DNA of 63,258 bases, filler included, from Octopus bimaculoides (lineage: Eukaryota): the NCBI RefSeq assembly GCF_001194135.2. It is 8 parts of 8 records of this genome, joined end to end, with 100 filler letters (N's around TTAATTAATTAA, not from the genome) between each part and the next. Parts side by side here need not be neighbours in the genome. Positions count along the whole stretch, not along the records: positions 24,035 to 26,563 come from NW_026298537.1; positions 26,664 to 46,206 come from NC_069000.1; 6 more parts are not named here. One strand, written 5' to 3'. Below the pieces are notes generated by a model. It saw only the letters and a list, made by a program, of their open reading frames with translations, did not search any database and was not told the origin of the DNA. Position 1 is the first letter of the stretch; each line of letters opens with the position of its first letter. Below, one piece after another: positions 24,035-37,663 of the stretch. The position numbers were made by a program, and so were the translations under genes.

Positions 24035-24761
24035 GTGCTGACGTACCCCGAGATACGAGAAAATTATTTACATATTTTTGTGTCTCTCATGTGTATGCGC
24101 TATGTGTATTTTGTGTATATGTATGTACGTATGCATGCATATAAGTATGTGTGCGTATGTATGTATGTATGTATGTATGTATGTATGTATGTATGTATGT
24201 ATGTATGTGTGTGCTTTTGTGTGTGTATATGTGTGTGTTTGATATGAAATAGCAAATCAATAAACGAATTTAAAAGTTACCATTTTTATCAATAATTCTT
24301 TCCTTTCGTTCGAGTTCGACCTCAAGGATTTCGTTAGGATTTTCGTCGTCGTCGTCATCATCAGCATCATCATCATGGTCATTTTCTTAATCCAAATCAT
24401 AGCTATAATCCTTGTCGCGATTATCGTCGTCAATACTGGCAGTGATGTCTTCGATTGATTTGTCATCGACAATATCATCAATGCTGACATTTCCGCGATT
24501 CTGATTTCAGGCAGTTTACACAATTCCAATACTTTTGATTTTGAAGACAACTTCTTCTCTGCGATATTCACTGGAATCGAACCGAAATCCCCTCCGTTAA
24601 GTGGGTACGTACATTCCATATCGCCAGACGAAGTTTCAAACCTAGTGAAAGGAAAACGAGAAAACAAAAGTCGTTTTAGTTACAGACGCCTGCAAGCAGA
24701 CCAATACTTAATAAGTATATATATAAGAAAAAGCCCACATTTATGCGTCTATGAGTATGTG

Positions 24762-24804
<43 letters not shown>

Positions 24805-25642
24805 NNNNNNNNNNNNNNNNNNNNNNNNNNNNNNNNNNNNNNNNNNNNNNNNNNNNNNNNNNNNNNNNNNNNNNNNNNNNNNNNNNNNNNNNNNNNNNNN
24901 NNNNNNNNNNNNNNNNNNNNNNNNNNNNNNNNNNNNNNNNNNNNNNNNNNNNNNNNNNNNNNNNNNNNNNNNNNNNNNNNNNNNNNNNNNNNNNNNNNNN
25001 NNNNNNNNNNNNNNNNNNNNNNNNNNNNNNNNNNNNNNNNNNNNNNNNNNNNNNNNNNNNNNNNNNNNNNNNNNNNNNNNNNNNNNNNNNNNNNNNNNNN
25101 NNNNNNNNNNNNNNNNNNNNNNNNNNNNNNNNNNNNNNNNNNNNNNNNNNNNNNNNNNNNNNNNNNNNNNNNNNNNNNNNNNNNNNNNNNNNNNNNNNNN
25201 NNNNNNNNNNNNNNNNNNNNNNNNNNNNNNNNNNNNNNNNNNNNNNNNNNNNNNNNNNNNNNNNNNNNNNNNNNNNNNNNNNNNNNNNNNNNNNNNNNNN
25301 NNNNNNNNNNNNNNNNNNNNNNNNNNNNNNNNNNNNNNNNNNNNNNNNNNNNNNNNNNNNNNNNNNNNNNNNNNNNNNNNNNNNNNNNNNNNNNNNNNNN
25401 NNNNNNNNNNNNNNNNNNNNNNNNNNNNNNNNNNNNNNNNNNNNNNNNNNNNNNNNNNNNNNNNNNNNNNNNNNNNNNNNNNNNNNNNNNNNNNNNNNNN
25501 NNNNNNNNNNNNNNNNNNNNNNNNNNNNNNNNNNNNNNNNNNNNNNNNNNNNNNNNNNNNNNNNNNNNNNNNNNNNNNNNNNNNNNNNNNNNNNNNNNNN
25601 NNNNNNNNNNNNNNNNNNNNNNNNNNNNNNNNNNNNNNNNNN

Positions 25643-25673
<31 letters not shown>

Positions 25674-25994
25674 ACAGTGCCAGTAGGTGAGATTCGACAT
25701 AAATTTGGTAGTGTGTTGTATTTCGCAAGGAGCGCAAGCAAAGGATATGCGAAGCCCTGATATTTTCTAAATGTTTCAGATGTATTTATAGTTCATATGA
25801 ACATGATTCAGATGAATTTGAATGAAGCGTTCTTGATGATTTAACAAAACGGTCCGGTACCTTGGAAGGGCACATGAAAGGAAGGCCTTAAAATAGGAAG
25901 GAAATTGTGAAGCGTAGGAAATATACGATAAATAATATTTACAGTGGAGGTGGAATGTTGTTGAATTGTAGCTATATATACAACATTTGACATG

Positions 25995-26052
25995 ACTCGT
26001 CTCCGACCTAGGGAAGAGATAACACTCGTCTCCGACCCAGGGAAGAGATAAC
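25995..26052. repeat. 29-bp tandem duplication
   Basis: ACTCGTCTCCGACC(T/C)AGGGAAGAGATAAC x2. Confidence 0.9.
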
Positions 26053-26528
26053 ACAATCATACCTTGACTAGTGAAGAGGAAAACCAAACTAAAAAAGATG
26101 TTTACATCATGGCTATGACAGAAGCATGATGACGACAGAAAATGAAAGCTGACAATAAAGAATTGATTCCAGAGCGAGAAGTAAAATAAGGTAATTATTG
26201 TATTGTTGAAGTGGTCCCAGCTACACCCGGATTGATGTGATGGCTGCATGGCCCAACACAAGGAATGAGTGTTATAAATGATGATGAGAAAAAAGCAGAT
26301 GTTTGCTTTCCCACAACCATGTTGGGTGGTTTGTGGTGGTGCTTCAGTGGTTCCGACTTTGTCACTCACTCTTACGCTGATTTTCTTTTCAGATTGTATT
26401 GTGACCACGTGTCTATGGAATGCTCAGCCACTTAGACGCTAATTCAATGAGCAGGTAGTTCAGTGCGTCGAAAAAAAAATCAATGTTCATCGAAGAAAGT
26501 GATGAAAATTTATTATACATGTTGTATG

Positions 26529-26563
<35 letters not shown>

Positions 26564-26663
26564 NNNNNNNNNNNNNNNNNNNNNNNNNNNNNNNNNNNNN
26601 NNNNNNNTTAATTAATTAANNNNNNNNNNNNNNNNNNNNNNNNNNNNNNNNNNNNNNNNNNNN

Positions 26664-26971
26664 GTTACGCACTGGGGTCGATGTAATCGGCTTAACCCCT
26701 TTGTCTGTCCTTGTTTGTCCCCTCTATGTTTAGCCCCTTGTGGGCAATAAAGAAATAAGAAACGTTAGCACGCCGGACGAAATGCTTTGCGGTATTTCGT
26801 CTGTCTTTATGTTCAAATTCCGCTGAGGTTGACTTTGCTTTTCATCCTTTCGGGGGTCGATTAATTAAGCACCAGTTGCGTACTGGGGTCGATGTAATCG
26901 ACTTAACCCCTTTGCCTGTCCTTGTTTGTCCCTTCTATGTTTGGCCCCTTGTGGGCAATAAAGAAATAAGA
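26664..26971 (+). mobile_element. Head-to-tail dimer of family A SINE
   Basis: The 3' half of one copy ends GGGCAATAAAGAAATAAG and is fused via shared AGAAA to a 5'-clipped second copy ending GGGCAATAAAGAAATAAGA. Confidence 0.85.
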
Positions 26972-27367
26972 TGCTAACTTCTCAACTGCTTGCATCTAGG
27001 ATCAGTTCTACTGTGTGGAGCCTTCGGCATCATCTACTATTGCCTGGGGCAGACCAAAGTCTGGTGAGTGAGTTTGGTAGAGGGAAACTGAAAGAAGCCC
27101 ATCGTATATATATATATCTATGCCTATGAGTGTCTGTGTTTGTCCCCAAACACCACTCGACAACCGGTGTTGGTGTGTTTACGTTTCCGCAACATAGCGG
27201 TTCGGCATAAGTAACCGATGGAACAAGTATCAGGCCTTAAAAAATGAGAAGTCCTGGGGTCGTATCATGCGACTAAAAGTTCTGCAAGGCGGCGTTCCAG
27301 CATGGCCGCAGCAATCAAATAACTGAAACAAAAGATAAAAGATAATGTGTACATATATATATATATA

Positions 27368-27415
<48 letters not shown>

Positions 27416-29521
27416 NNNNNNNNNNAAAGAAGCCCATCGTATATATCTATACCTATGAGTGTGTGCCTTTGTGTCTGGGTTTGTCGCCCACCATCGCTTA
27501 TCAACGACTGTTGGCGTGTTTACTTCCCCATGATTTAGCGGTTCATCAAAAAGAGGCCGATAGAATAAGTACCAAGCTTAAAAATAAAAAAAGTACCAGT
27601 GAAACACTGGGTCGATGTAATTGGCTAGTCTCCTCCCCACAAATTTCAGGCCTTGTGCCTCTATAGTAGAAAGAATTATGCTCTTGGTGCTCACATAATC
27701 TCTATTAAGGACGAATATCAAAGCCGTCTAGTATCATTTGATTTCGAGAGATTTGGATACAAGAGCGTAACCAAATAGGTGTCGCTTTTAAGTTATCTTC
27801 ATTTGTTTTTCTTTTGCCTTATTTTAACTTCTTTGTTATTGAAGGGAAGTTAGAACTTATGACATCAAATCCCTTTTCTCAAGGATATTAGCTGCGTCAC
27901 TGCTATCGTTTCCTATCATCGTAGACTCAACACGCAGCTGAGAACTATTTACATAAATTATCGTCGTCTTCGCTTTGACATTAATAATTGTCCTTGGTTT
28001 TTTTCCCCTTCTACTTTTGATTTACGAATAAACATATTTTTATTCGTGTTTTTCTTCCTCGTAGAAATAATTCATTATTATACTCCTCTACCTGATGACA
28101 ATACAATATCTTATAACAATGTGTAATGAAATATTTAAACTATCGAATATTGGCCTATTGTTTTACAGCAGAAATATCCTAACAAAAATTGTTGAGTTAT
28201 TTTATATCAAATTGTGGTATTTTCATATCAAATTGTTGAAAGATATTCCAAAACAATTAATGTATTTCACAAAAATCGCTGCTACACATCTAATAAATGT
28301 TAGCTCCTTTATAATTACCTCGGCATCAGATACTTCATGGAGGAAATGTATTTTATTCGCTTGATTCATTGAACTGTCCCAGGCAGTAGACACTTTTACA
28401 GGGATGATGCATGTAGGAAAAACTTGGAGAGATAGAGATAGAGAGAGAGGCACACAAACAGACAGACAGACAAAGAAAGAGGGGCGGGCAGAGAATGAAT
28501 GCGTTCGTGATGGGGAGAGAAAGAAATGAGAGAGAAATAAAGTTATTGGCAGTTGAATTTCTGTAGAGGAAGAATTGAGTACAAAATATTTTGTTTAGTA
28601 TCGGATTCGTTGGATATTATGAGAGATGGGTTCATCGAATTCATCTGGACAGATATAGTACACAGCTTCTCGAGACTGGAAGAGAATCCCATACAAAGTG
28701 ACTTAGCATTAAGGTAATGTAGAGATTTAGCTGAAAATCGATAAAGAATAAGGAAGATGTAATATTGTACGGTTCCTTATGTATGTAGGGACTGTGTTTT
28801 TGTATGGCTGACTGAAAGTAAGTTGCTTTCACAACTGGAGGATGTTTTGAAGGACAACGATCATCATAGTACAAATCGATATAGTATTGTAAATATATAG
28901 GCACAGACGTGGCTGTGGGGTAAGCAGTTTGCTTCCAAACCACATAGCCTCGAGTTCACCTCCGCTGTGTGGCACATTGGGCAAGTGTCTTCTAATATAT
29001 AGCCTCTTACCAACTAAAGGCTTGCGAGTAGATTTGGTAGGCAGAAACTGAAAGANNNNNNNNNNACTAAATAGAATAAATATCAGGCTTTACTTTACAA
29101 AAAAAAAAAATAATAATAAGTGCTGGGGCCGATTCGTTCGGCTAAAATTCTTCAAGGCGGTGCCCCAGCATGGGCGCAGTTTAATGAGTGAAGCAAGCAG
29201 AAAAGGAAAGATAAAGGACCACCAAACACTCTCTACGTCACTGCGACCACGACCAATATCCTAACATACGCCACCAACACCATCATGCTGAATTCCCTCG
29301 ATACAACCGCCGTCAACCTACAGCCAGTCTTCTCCACCGCTTGCAGCACCGTCAGCCCACACGTATCTCGCAATTGACATGTAGACATAACAATTGCTAA
29401 CGTAAGCCTAAAAATGAGATTGCGTTTAGCAAGATGTTGCCGGTTTGACAACCTGACTGGTTACTTAGTTTTATTTATCCGGAAGGATGAAAAGTAATGT
29501 AAACCTCAGTGAGGTATAAAC

Positions 29522-29707
29522 CAGTGCTCCGCAACCGGTATGTCGCGGCACACCAACGTACCACCAGACGATGCTAGGTGTGCCGCAGTGTAACCTGAAT
29601 ATAAGTTTTTTCTCTATACTTTTAGTCATATTTTCAGTTCAGGTGTGCCGCCGAATTTTGAAAAGAATATAAGTGTACCGCAAGTGGAAAAAGGTCGCAG
29701 AACACTA
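29522..29707. mobile_element. hAT-type MITE
   Basis: Imperfect TIR CAGTGCTCCGCAACC / GGTCGCAGAACACTA. 8-bp flanks GTATAAAC and GTATTAAC (7/8 match). Confidence 0.7.
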
Positions 29708-32212
29708 GTATTAACGAATATATTTGGATATAGTTATATATCGAGATGAATTTATTCCAATGTCTGATCATTTCTACCACTCAATCGCCCCTAAATAGAA
29801 AACATATTACATCTATTCTCATTCATCACTGGTTTAGAAAAAAAAAAAAAACGATATGAAACACGAGTAAATTAATCAGTGATAAATGAATCATCTCCTC
29901 GCACTTTTTAAATGGATCGAATAGCAGAGTCATTGACACTAAACGCGTGGTCCACAACTGCGATGCTTCCATCGTCTGCGTCGTTTGCAATGATCAGGCA
30001 CCATATTTTTTTCTGTTCATTGATCCCGTGTTGATGGGTACGAGTATAAATCCGTATAAAACATGCACAACCTCGCTGCTCAGTGGTGTAAACACAAGCG
30101 ATAATTAGTGCATTCTAGGTAGCTGAGCATTGTGTGTGATCGCTGGAGCGCATATCTGAAGTACAAACAGAATCTTCGAATGATCGCTGACCTGTGTTAT
30201 CATAAACCAATCCGTAGTAAGCGTAACATGGTTCGCAGCTGAGCGTACCGCATTATCCTGGATCCGCGAGGAATGAATCAGTCTTAAACGAAGCTGCGTA
30301 TACAATGATACCTTAGACAATTTTCCATATGAAGTGTCACCAAATTACAACACCATCCTACATGTTATCAGTCTTTTGTGTAATTAGAAAAATCAACAAT
30401 TCGCGATGTGTTTTTCGCTCCATATAAGGACTAGTTTAGTCTACTTATGCTACAAACTCCTATGTATCTTTAGCTAATGCTGTATTCCACTCACCTAACC
30501 CAGTTTTTTGACATCATCTCTCTCTGTGTACGTTTACCTCAAACACATACCTGACATCCGAATTCCCTTTTTTGTACCATCTTTACCATGCTGCCCTGCC
30601 TATTCAATGAAATACCTTTCACAACTGTCATTTCCCCGTTCGCCTGACTATCTGACTGTTCCTAACATTCTTTTTCTTCCTTTCTTTTAAAAGTGTCGAG
30701 TTCTTTTGTTATACACACTCTTTTACTTGTTTCAGTCATTTGACTGCGGCCATGCTGGAGCACTGCCTTTAGTCGAGAAAATCGACCCCAGGACTTATTC
30801 TTTGTAAGCCTAGTACTTATTCTATCAGTCTCTTGGTGAAGGATGTAAATAAAAAAAACAAGGACATACCCACTGTGCCAATGTTCAGCATGAAATCCGT
30901 TCTGTTACTCAAGGAATGCAAGCTCGGCTATCTTCAGGTGTTCTAATGTTCTTTTTTTCATAATCGAGAGCCCACTTTTGCTATAGCCCCTACAGATTTA
31001 CGTTAACTCCCAATGCGCACAATAAGAATTGTATAGAGTAACATGGACTATGTATTATGTCTGTTCATTCCCCACGTTTAAAATGAAACCTAAAAAACAA
31101 CCAGTTAAGACTATGGATCAAAGCTGTGAGAGAGCTAACGTTTGTTTTTGTAAATCAAATCAAAATGAAGTATATTTGCCACTTAAATGCGGCTAACCCC
31201 TAAGGGTGAATGCTACTGTAGCTTGTAGCCCCAGGAGAACATCTCCTCCAGCTGGCTATTGACACACTTTCTGTGCCCTGTCGGTATTTGCAAAAGGAAG
31301 TCATCCTTCCCATCTCCAGCCTGACGTGATACACACGGACCCGGGTTTCTGGGTATTTACCCTTCGTCAGCGTACGACAATCACCGATCTTCGATACGAA
31401 GGGCTCCCAATGCAAATACATATATCCTTTTTGCAGTGACGAAAATTCACTGATCTCAAAAAAGTGTAATCAAGCAATAATTTCTGATGCTTTCGACAAT
31501 CATTTCTTTTATAACGATATTTCCCCGAAAAATTCATCGATCTCGGTATGTGGTAAGTTAAGTTTTATTGTTTTTTAAACGTAACTGTTCTGGCTATACT
31601 TTCTGTAAAAATATAAAAGTACAATGTTAAGATATAATAAGAAATTTATTATATTTTACATTAACTGTAACTTATGAAGTGACTCTGTATTGCTGCGTGC
31701 ATTCACATGTGTTGCAACGTCTTTCCAGTTGAATTTTTAAAATAATATTTACTTTAATTTCTCAAAATTAATGTAATTATGTTCCTTTCATATATATACT
31801 TTTCTTTTTCTCTCAAGGGCAAAATCTTTTAAAGAAAATAATGCAATAACAAAGCTCTGTTACACATTATGGTGTGTATATATGATATCTTGACAAACGT
31901 TAAATGAAATATTTCTACGGTTCATCCATAGAAGAGTCAATAACACAGCTAATAATTAATTTTACTATCAGGTTTCAATTCTGAGAACTGTGCAATTAAA
32001 CGAGTATCAAAACAATAATATTTATTTATTGTATTCTCTTTCTAAGACTTCAGATTTTTAGGACAGCAGCAATTGACAACGATCAAGTTATCATAAATTA
32101 CTGAGTTTGAAATCATTACCAAAAACAATTGTCATAATTAATATTACAATGCAACCTGAGATTAAACTTCATTATTTCATATTAATTCTTTCTAGAAAAA
32201 GACGATGTACAT

Positions 32213-32302
<90 letters not shown>

Positions 32303-32304
<2 letters not shown>

Positions 32305-32556
32305 AGGTACAATGGCCTGGTGTTAGGGCAGCGGACTCGCGGTCATAGGATCGCGGTTTCGATTCCCAGACTGGGCGTTGTGAGTGTTTATTGAGCGAAA
32401 ACACCTAAAGCTCCACGAGGCTACGGCAGGGGGATGGTGGCGAACCCTGCTGTACTCGTTCACCACAACTTTCTCTCACTCTTACTCCCTGTCGTGCCTG
32501 TAATTCAAAGGATCAGCCTTGTCACACTGTGTCACGCTGAATATCCCCGAGAACTA
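32303..32556 (+). mobile_element. Family C SINE running into a gap
   Basis: Same head and body as 7927; inserted after a (GT)n tract. Confidence 0.85.
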
Positions 32557-34824
32557 NNNNNNNNNNNNNNNNNNNNNNNNNNNNNNNNNNNNNNNNNNNN
32601 NNNNNNNNNNNNNNNNNNNNNNNNNNNNNNNNNNNNNNNNNNNNNNNNNNNNNNNNNNNNNNNNNNNNNNNNNNNNNNNNNNNNNNNNNNNNNNNNNNNN
32701 NNNNNNNNNNNNNNNNNNNNNNNNNNNNNNNNNNNNNNNNNNNNNNNNNNNNNNNNNNNNNNNNNNNNNNNNNNNNNNNNNNNNNNNNNNNNNNNNNNNN
32801 NNNNNNNNNNNNNNNNNNNNNNNNNNNNNNNNNNNNNNNNNNNNNNNNNNNNNNNNNNNNNNNNNNNNNNNNNNNNNNNNNNNNNNNNNNNNNNNNNNNN
32901 NNNNNNNNNNNNNNNNNNNNNNNNNNNNNNNNNNNNNNNNNNNNNNNNNNNNNNNNNNNNNNNNNNNNNNNNNNNNNNNNNNNNNNNNNNNNNNNNNNNN
33001 NNNNNNNNNTCCTGGCTGCTGTGCAATATCATTTGTATATATTCATAATAGCAACCGGAGTTTCTACTTCCAGTTCTAACATTTTTAGCGAATGTTTTAT
33101 GGCCGATCTTGTTTTATCAATCTATGTATATTATCAACATTAAGCTTAACGATGCCTAATACATAATTTGCTCAAATGTCTTTGCGCTAAAATATGCTGC
33201 CGGTATAGGAGTATTCAAACAATGATGCATGTCTTTTCTTTGCATGTAAACTGTTACTGTGGCCCCCTCCATCAGAGATATTACCCCAGGACAAAAACTT
33301 CGTACTGGCCTATTGACGGTGCGTATGTATTAAGTATGATGCAGAGATTTGTTTTTCCGCCTTAGAGGATATTTTTTATTGTCGAAGAAATCGATCTCAG
33401 GAGTTATTCTTTGTAAGCCTAGAACATACTTTGCTGGTCTCTTTTTTCCGAACCGCTAAGTTACGGGGACGTAAACACATCAACATCAGTAGACAAGAGA
33501 TGGTGGGGAGACAAACACAGATACAAATACAGACCTACCCCACNNNNNNNNNNACTCACAAGGCTTTGGTCGGCCCGAGGTGCCACGCAGTGGGACTGAA
33601 CTCGTAACCATGTTGTTGGGAAGCAACCTTCTTACTACACAGCCACACTATGTATGTATCTATGTATGTACGTATGTGCCATTGTTTGTCCCTCCACCCT
33701 TTGACAACTGGGATTGGTCTGTTTATGTTCCCGTAACGAAGCGATTCGGCAAAAAGTGACCGATGAAATAAGTATCAGACTTTTAAAAATATAAGTACCG
33801 GAGTTGATTGTTTTTTTTCCGATTAAACCCTTGAAGACGATGCCCCAGTATGGCCGCAATCCAATGACCAAAACAAAAAATAGATAAAAAAATACAAGAC
33901 AGTGCCTCTTTTTTGTTTACGACGGCAGGATATGACAATATGAGGGAAACTTGACAGCTATTTCTAGTAGACAGGGTGACTACATAGTGTCCTTGTGAGA
34001 TCATGATACTAAATGGTGCAGAGAGTTCATTATGGCAAATGGTTTTGGCCCCGTGCCAACAGTAAGGGCATGAAAGGTGTGTGTGTGAATTAATGGTAGT
34101 TGTGAGCATTGAGTCACCGACAATGAGGATTTCAGAGAAAGAACAGGTGAGACGGATGACTATTTATTTACGGTATTTTATATTAAATTCTTTTACTGGA
34201 AGAAGCCATGACTGTGTGATTAAGAAGCTCGTTNNNNNNNNNNNNNNNNNNNNNNNNNNNNNNNNNNNNNNNNNNNNNNNNNNNNNNNNNNNNNNNNNNN
34301 NNNNNNNNNNNNNNNNNNNNNNNNNNNNNNNNNNNNNNNNNNNNNNNNNNNNNNNNNNNNNNNNNNNNNNNNNNNNNNNNNNNNNNNNNNNNNNNNNNNN
34401 NNNNNNNNNNNNNNNNNNNNNNNNNNNNNNNNNNNNNNNNNNNNNNNNNNNNNNNNNNNNNNNNNNNNNNNNNNNNNNNNNNNNNNNNNNNNNNNNNNNN
34501 NNNNNNNNNNNNNNNNNNNNNNNNNNNNNNNNNNNNNNNNNNNNNNNNNNNNNNNNNNNNNNNNNNNNNNNNNNNNNNNNNNNNNNNNNNNNNNNNNNNN
34601 NNNNNNNNNNNNNNNNNNNNNNNNNNNNNNNNNNNNNNNNNNNNNNNNNNNNNNNNNNNNNNNNNNNNNNNNNNNNNNNNNNNNNNNNNNNNNNNNNNNN
34701 NNNNNNNNNNNNNNNNNNNNNNNNNNNNNNNNNNNNNNNNNNNNNNNNNNNNNNNNNNNNNNNNNNNNNNNNNNNNNNNNNNNNNNNNNNNNNNNNNNNN
34801 NNNNNNNNNNNNNNNNNNNNNNNN

Positions 34825-35795
34825 ACAAGTCCTAACTCTTATATCTGTGTAAATCTTGGGAATCAGCCGGTGACAGCGCTTCAGCTCGGACAGTCCGACG
34901 ACTACTTCTTGACAATGGTTTCGCTTCACGGAGTGCTGCAAAAAAAAAAAACAAGAAAATAAAACCGTTTTTGTCCAAGAACAACGTGAAGGACAGGCTT
35001 ACCTTTTGCAGAAAATATAAAAAGTGGTCTAGTGAACAATGGGACAATGAAGCACCATTTCAATTGTTTGGGACAACTGGAAAAAAGCTCGTCAGAAAGC
35101 GACAAGGTGAACTCTATGATGAGGCCTGTATCATGCCCAGGGCCAAGCATCCAGAAACCATTGGTATGTGGGGTTGCTTTTCATCCAAGGGCGTTGGATC
35201 ACTGTCAGTTTTGTCGAAAGACACTTCTATGAATTCCACATGGTAACAAAATATCCTTGAAAACAATCTCCTTCTAACCATTGAAAGGCGGTTTGGCGAA
35301 GAAACTTGCATTTTCCAACAAGATGGAGCACCTTTCTACACTGCTAAAAGGATTAAAAAGTATCTTGGAGATAAAAACATTGACATTTTGGAGCCTTGGC
35401 CGGGAAATTCTCTAGATTTAAATCCTATTGAAAATTTACGGTCCAACCTTAAAATTCGAGTTGACAGAGAAAAGCCAACAAACATTGAACAGTTGAAAGC
35501 TCTTGTAAAGCAAGAATGGAGGTCTGTAAACAGAACTAACTCAATCCTTAGTTTCCAGCATACCTAAACGAATCATGGACGTCTCGAAAAATAGAGGTCG
35601 CCATTGCAAATATTGAGAGGAAGATGAATAACTGTGTATCACACCTTATTATTGTTCATATGGTTCAATTGTGCCACTATTCTTCATTAATATGCTCGTA
35701 CGTGCTAAAACAAATCAACCTTTTGCCTTAGATAGACATACTTATATGTTTTTGGTGCAAAATAACACTTTTCCCAAAATAAATGGCCACGACAG
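34825..35795 (+). mobile_element. Decayed Tc1 transposon with DD35E spacing (5' part in the gap)
   Basis: SARTVRRLLLDNGFASRSAAKK...KPFLSKNNVKDRLTFCRKYKKWS...PRAKHPETIGMWGCFSSKGVGSL...FQQDGAPFYTAK...PWPGNSLDLNPIEN. D at 35322, E at 35430 (35 intervening residues). Putative right end ...GGCCACGACAG followed by TA. Confidence 0.9.
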
Positions 35796-36084
35796 TAGTT
35801 GTATACAAGAATACATGGCTGTGCAAACATCTGACCATTAAAATTTAACTATCATTATGAAAATATATTTCCCCTAAATACATTTCCTCTAATATACATA
35901 TATCTTCGTTTATCACTGATTCATTCTTCACTCATCCAGGATAATTCGGTACGCTGAATTGTGAACCATGATACGTTTATCACGAATTGATCTGTGATAA
36001 CACGGGTCGGCAACCAGTTCAAAGATTCTGCTTGTTATGATGTTTTGCAGTTATTCTTTCATCATTAGCTGATTATATAAGTCG

Positions 36085-36290
36085 GCGAGCTGACAGAATT
36101 GTTAGTACACCGGAGAAAATGTTAGCAACATTTCTTCCGGTTTTAAATTCTGCGTTCAAATTCCACTGAGCTCGACTTTGCTATCATCCTTTCGGGATCG
36201 ATAAATCAAAGCGGCTGTTAGATCCTGGGGTTGATGTAATGGACTATCCCCTCCCACAAAATTGCAGGCCTTGTGCCTATAGTAGAAAGG
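36085..36290 (+). mobile_element. Family A SINE (another copy at 36795-36990)
   Basis: GGCGAGCTGACAGAATTGTTAG...CGACTTTGCTATCATCCTTTCGGGATCGATAAA. Confidence 0.75.
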
Positions 36291-37137
36291 ACAATTTACT
36301 TATACATTCTCTTTACTCTTTACTCTTTTACTCTTTTACTTGTTTCAGTCATTTGACTGCGGCCATACTGGAGCACCGTCATTAGTCGAGCAAATCGACC
36401 CCAGGACTTATTCTTTGTAAGCCTAGTACTTATTCTATCGGTCTCTTTTGNNNNNNNNNNNNNNNNNNNNNNNNNNNNNNNNNNNNNNNNNNNNNNNNNN
36501 NNNNNNNNNNNNNNNNNNNNNNNNNNNNNNNNNNNNNNNNNNNNNNNNNNNNNNNNNNNNNNNNNNNNNNNNNNNNNNNNNNNNNNNNNNNNNNNNNNNN
36601 NNNNNNNNNNNNNNNNNNNNNNNNNNNNTATAGTAGAAGACACTTGCCCAAGGTGCCACGCAGTGGGACTGAACCCGGAACCATGTGGTTGGTAAGCAAG
36701 CTACTTACCACAAAGTTACTCCTACGCCTACATTATTAATTTTTACTCCAAAAATATTTTCCCGAACGTGAAGCAATATCATTATGTGACGATCTGGTAC
36801 AATCGTTACGGCACCGGACAAAATGTTCAGCGGCATTTCGTCCGTCTTTATGTTCTGAGCTCAAATTCCGCTGAACACGACTTTGCATTTCATCATTTCG
36901 AGGGGTTGATGAAATAAGTATCAGTTTAGCATTGGGTTCGATGTAACCAAGTAAGCTTCTGCCAAATTCCAGGACTTGTATCTTTATCAGGAAAGATTAA
37001 GAAGGATTATGTGTGTTTAAAGATTGCTTGGAGTTGTTATCTGTGCAAGTTTGGGGCACAGCTTGGGGTCCCGGAACGAAACATATTTTCCCGATATGTT
37101 CTGTCATTCCTTTATCTCAGATTAATTTAACATGGTG

Positions 37138-37187
<50 letters not shown>

Positions 37188-37612
37188 TTTTAATCTAACA
37201 TCCGTGATAAACGAAGATTGCAATCATCGTTCGATAGATTTATGTTGTATATCATACGAAATTTGTTTTTAGATTTAGATTACTAATATGCACCAAGTGA
37301 CCGGTTAACTTCCAGAATCTCTTACGAAACTAAACTACTTTGCTATCTACTCCTCAAAGAAGAAAATAACATTACAAATAAAGGTATTCATCAGGAAATA
37401 AAAGAATAAAATTTACAGAGAAAGAAAGCGAAAAGAAACGAAACAAAAACTTCCGGAAAGATTATTTATTAAATACGTTTACACACCTGGATTCTTTTTC
37501 TATTGTTTCACATGGATCTAATTTCACTTTTATTTATTTATTTCTTCATTTGTTTTCTTGCATATGTAACTGTGCGTACGTGTGTGCGCGCATGTGTTTT
37601 TTGGGTATGTGC

Positions 37613-37663
<51 letters not shown>

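Noticed and set aside
29900-30010. Cadherin-like motif IIANDADDGS on the minus strand
   Set aside because: A single short motif in a ~70-codon frame ending in a stop; no other cadherin repeat motifs, although protocadherin exons are long.
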